Source: a virus
Lineage: Duplodnaviria; Caudoviricetes
Virus record (IMG/VR): IMGVR_UViG_3300032303_000721
Span: 1 to 25,629 of that record
DNA length: 25,629 nucleotides
Reading direction: 5' to 3' (one strand)
The notes under the pieces are model-generated. The model was given only the letters and a program-made list of their open reading frames with translations, was not told the origin of the DNA and made no database searches. Within the stretch, counting starts at the first letter, position 1; every line of letters begins with the position of its first letter. Positions 23,824-25,629 of the stretch are shown piece by piece. A program made the translations under genes and the position numbers.

Positions 23824-23841
23824 CTACAATAAGGAACAAGC

Positions 23842-24981
23842 ATGGCTCGCCTATCACTATGGAAAGACGGTAAACACTCAAATGATTACAAGTTCTTCGA
23901 TCGCAGAATCAGTGAAATGTTTACTATGGGCGGTACTGGAGTTTTAGTACACAAGTACTTGGGCACTAAAACACAGACCAACACTGGTGATCTAACACAA
24001 CCCACATACTTGAATCAAAGTGAGAAGAACATTCAGGACCTGCTGTTCGTAGAAAACCGAGATCGTAAGTACGAACCCGACGTTTACAAAATGCGGGGCA
24101 TCTACACTCGTGCAGATCAAGACTTTGATCTAAGCCAATTTGGATTATTTCTGCAAACCGGTACGCTGTTTATGACCTTTCATATCAATGACATGATGGA
24201 CACCATCGGGCGCAAGGTCATGGCTGGTGATGTATTGGAACTTGAACATTTAAAAGATTACAATGCACTAGATCAAGATGTTCCTGCCGCCCTAAAACGA
24301 TATTATGTTGTTGCTGATGCCAGTCTGGCCGCAGAAGGCTTTACCCCAACTTGGTGGCCGCACTTGTGGCGTGTTAAGATTAATCCATTAGTGGACGGAC
24401 AAGAATACAAAGACATCCTGGATCAAATTGTTGCTGGCACTGCCAATACCAAGACTAGCGATTTAATGAGTAGTTACAACACCTACATCAACATCAATAA
24501 TGCTGTGGTAGCACAAGCCGAGGTTGATGTTCCCGAGTCTGGCTACGATACTAGTAAGTTTTATTTAGAGCCGGCATACGTTGGACAAACTGCCGACGCG
24601 GCCACAACTGCTGATGATACTGCCACTGCTGATGATGCTACAATAAGCCCCGCTGGTAAAACAAAAGGTTATCTAGTTGGTGATGGTTTAGCTCCCAACG
24701 GCATGCCATGTGGTGTTGGTATTGAATTCCCAATGTCCCACACCGAGGGCGACTATTTCTTGCGTACAGATTACTTGCCCAACAGGTTGTTTAGATTTAG
24801 TGGAACACGCTGGATAACTGTTGAGTCTGTAAATAGAGCCAACTTAACACCGGGTGCTGGCAGTGGTACCTTACGCAGTAGTTTTGTAAACAATACCACC
24901 ACTTATACCAATGTTGAAGGCGACACAGTCGACGAAAGACAATCGTTGAGCCGAGCTTTTAAGATACAGGCGGATAATTAA
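23842..24981 (+). CDS. gp14: Neck/head-closure protein, T4 gp14-like, with C-terminal extension
   Basis: DLLF.E.RDRKY, LSQFGLF, GDVLEL motifs; lies immediately upstream of the gp15-like gene, with a late box and SD. Confidence 0.65.
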   Translation: MARLSLWKDGKHSNDYKFFDRRISEMFTMGGTGVLVHKYLGTKTQTNTGDLTQPTYLNQSEKNIQDLLFVENRDRKYEPDVYKMRGIYTRADQDFDLSQFGLFLQTGTLFMTFHINDMMDTIGRKVMAGDVLELEHLKDYNALDQDVPAALKRYYVVADASLAAEGFTPTWWPHLWRVKINPLVDGQEYKDILDQIVAGTANTKTSDLMSSYNTYININNAVVAQAEVDVPESGYDTSKFYLEPAYVGQTADAATTADDTATADDATISPAGKTKGYLVGDGLAPNGMPCGVGIEFPMSHTEGDYFLRTDYLPNRLFRFSGTRWITVESVNRANLTPGAGSGTLRSSFVNNTTTYTNVEGDTVDERQSLSRAFKIQADN

Positions 24982-25629
24982 TGAGTCAACAATATTTTTA
25001 CGACAATCAAATACGCAGATTCCTAACTCAATTTATTAGATTGGTTTCGGGATTCCAAGTTGAATTTGGTCAATCTGCAGATGGGTCTCGCCCACTACAA
25101 CAAGTGCCAGTGCTGTATGGCGATCCCAGTAGGCAGGCCGCGCAAATCTTAAAACAAAACAGCGAAAACACATTAAGCTCTGTGCCTGCTATGAGTGTGT
25201 ATATCAGCAGTCTAGACTACGACAGAGAACGTGTGCAAGATCCCACATTTGTCGGTACAATGAATATTAAACAACGTGCGTATGATCCTGCTACTGGTAA
25301 TTATTTAAGTACTCCCGGAGATGCATATACTGTTGAACGGTTAATGCCAGTACCATACAAATTAGGACTCAAACTAGACGTATGGACCAGTAATACCGAG
25401 CAGAAATTACAACTGATAGAACAGTTGGCGCAACTGTTTAATCCCGGACTGGACATTCAGAGTACTGATAATTATGTTGATTGGGGCAGTTTAACCCACG
25501 TTGAGCTTAAATCGACTGTGTGGGATTCACGTTCAGTGCCGGCCTCAACCGATGAAAGTATCAGCATTGCCACACTACAGTTTGAAATGCCAATTTGGTT
25601 AAGTAGCCCCGCCAAGGTCAAACGTCTGG
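24981..25629 (+). CDS. gp15: Tail sheath stabiliser/tail terminator, T4 gp15-like (partial, runs off the window)
   Basis: Not in the ORF track. TAATG-coupled; manual translation gives MSQQYFYDNQIRRFLTQF...VPVLYGD...PAMSVYISSLDYDRER...MPVPYKLGLKLDVWT...KLQLIEQLAQLFNP. Confidence 0.85.
   Translation, partial: MSQQYFYDNQIRRFLTQFIRLVSGFQVEFGQSADGSRPLQQVPVLYGDPSRQAAQILKQNSENTLSSVPAMSVYISSLDYDRERVQDPTFVGTMNIKQRAYDPATGNYLSTPGDAYTVERLMPVPYKLGLKLDVWTSNTEQKLQLIEQLAQLFNPGLDIQSTDNYVDWGSLTHVELKSTVWDSRSVPASTDESISIATLQFEMPIWLSSPAKVKRL

Noticed and set aside
24607-24636. actgctgatgat repeated at 18-nt spacing
   Set aside because: A short in-frame duplication (TADD twice) in a low-complexity linker of the gp14-like protein.
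1-25629. Stop-codon recoding, tRNA genes or CRISPR arrays
   Set aside because: Genes tile densely in the standard code with full-length core proteins. Intergenic gaps are short and explained by promoters and hairpins; no cloverleaf or repeat-spacer pattern was seen by eye.

Overview
This is a 25.6-kb segment of a large T4-like (contractile-tailed) dsDNA bacteriophage, read in the standard genetic code and mostly on the minus strand. Recognisable core genes: ssDNA-binding protein (gp32-like), large terminase (gp17), a probable small terminase, head-completion nuclease (gp4), tail tube (gp19) plus a second tube-fold protein, an enlarged tail sheath (gp18), dNMP kinase, and neck/tail-completion proteins gp13, gp14 and gp15 (partial). 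Accessory genes interleaved with these: a radical SAM enzyme missed by the ORF track, a sulfotransferase-like protein, a 2OG-Fe(II) oxygenase, an alpha/beta hydrolase, a TctC/Bug-family periplasmic binding protein, and two antisense HNH-type genes. The regulatory layer is unusually readable: about 13 T4-late-type (A)TAAATA boxes, many only 4-7 nt from an ATG (probably leaderless), four near-consensus sigma70 promoters, and two hairpins that hide a ribosome-binding site unless transcription starts in the loop. A set of unknown proteins shares a capsid-targeting-like N-terminus, an LAGL motif, AT-hooks and Cys-paired basic modules, suggesting a processed head-cargo system. All product calls come from motif recognition by eye; no database search was run.
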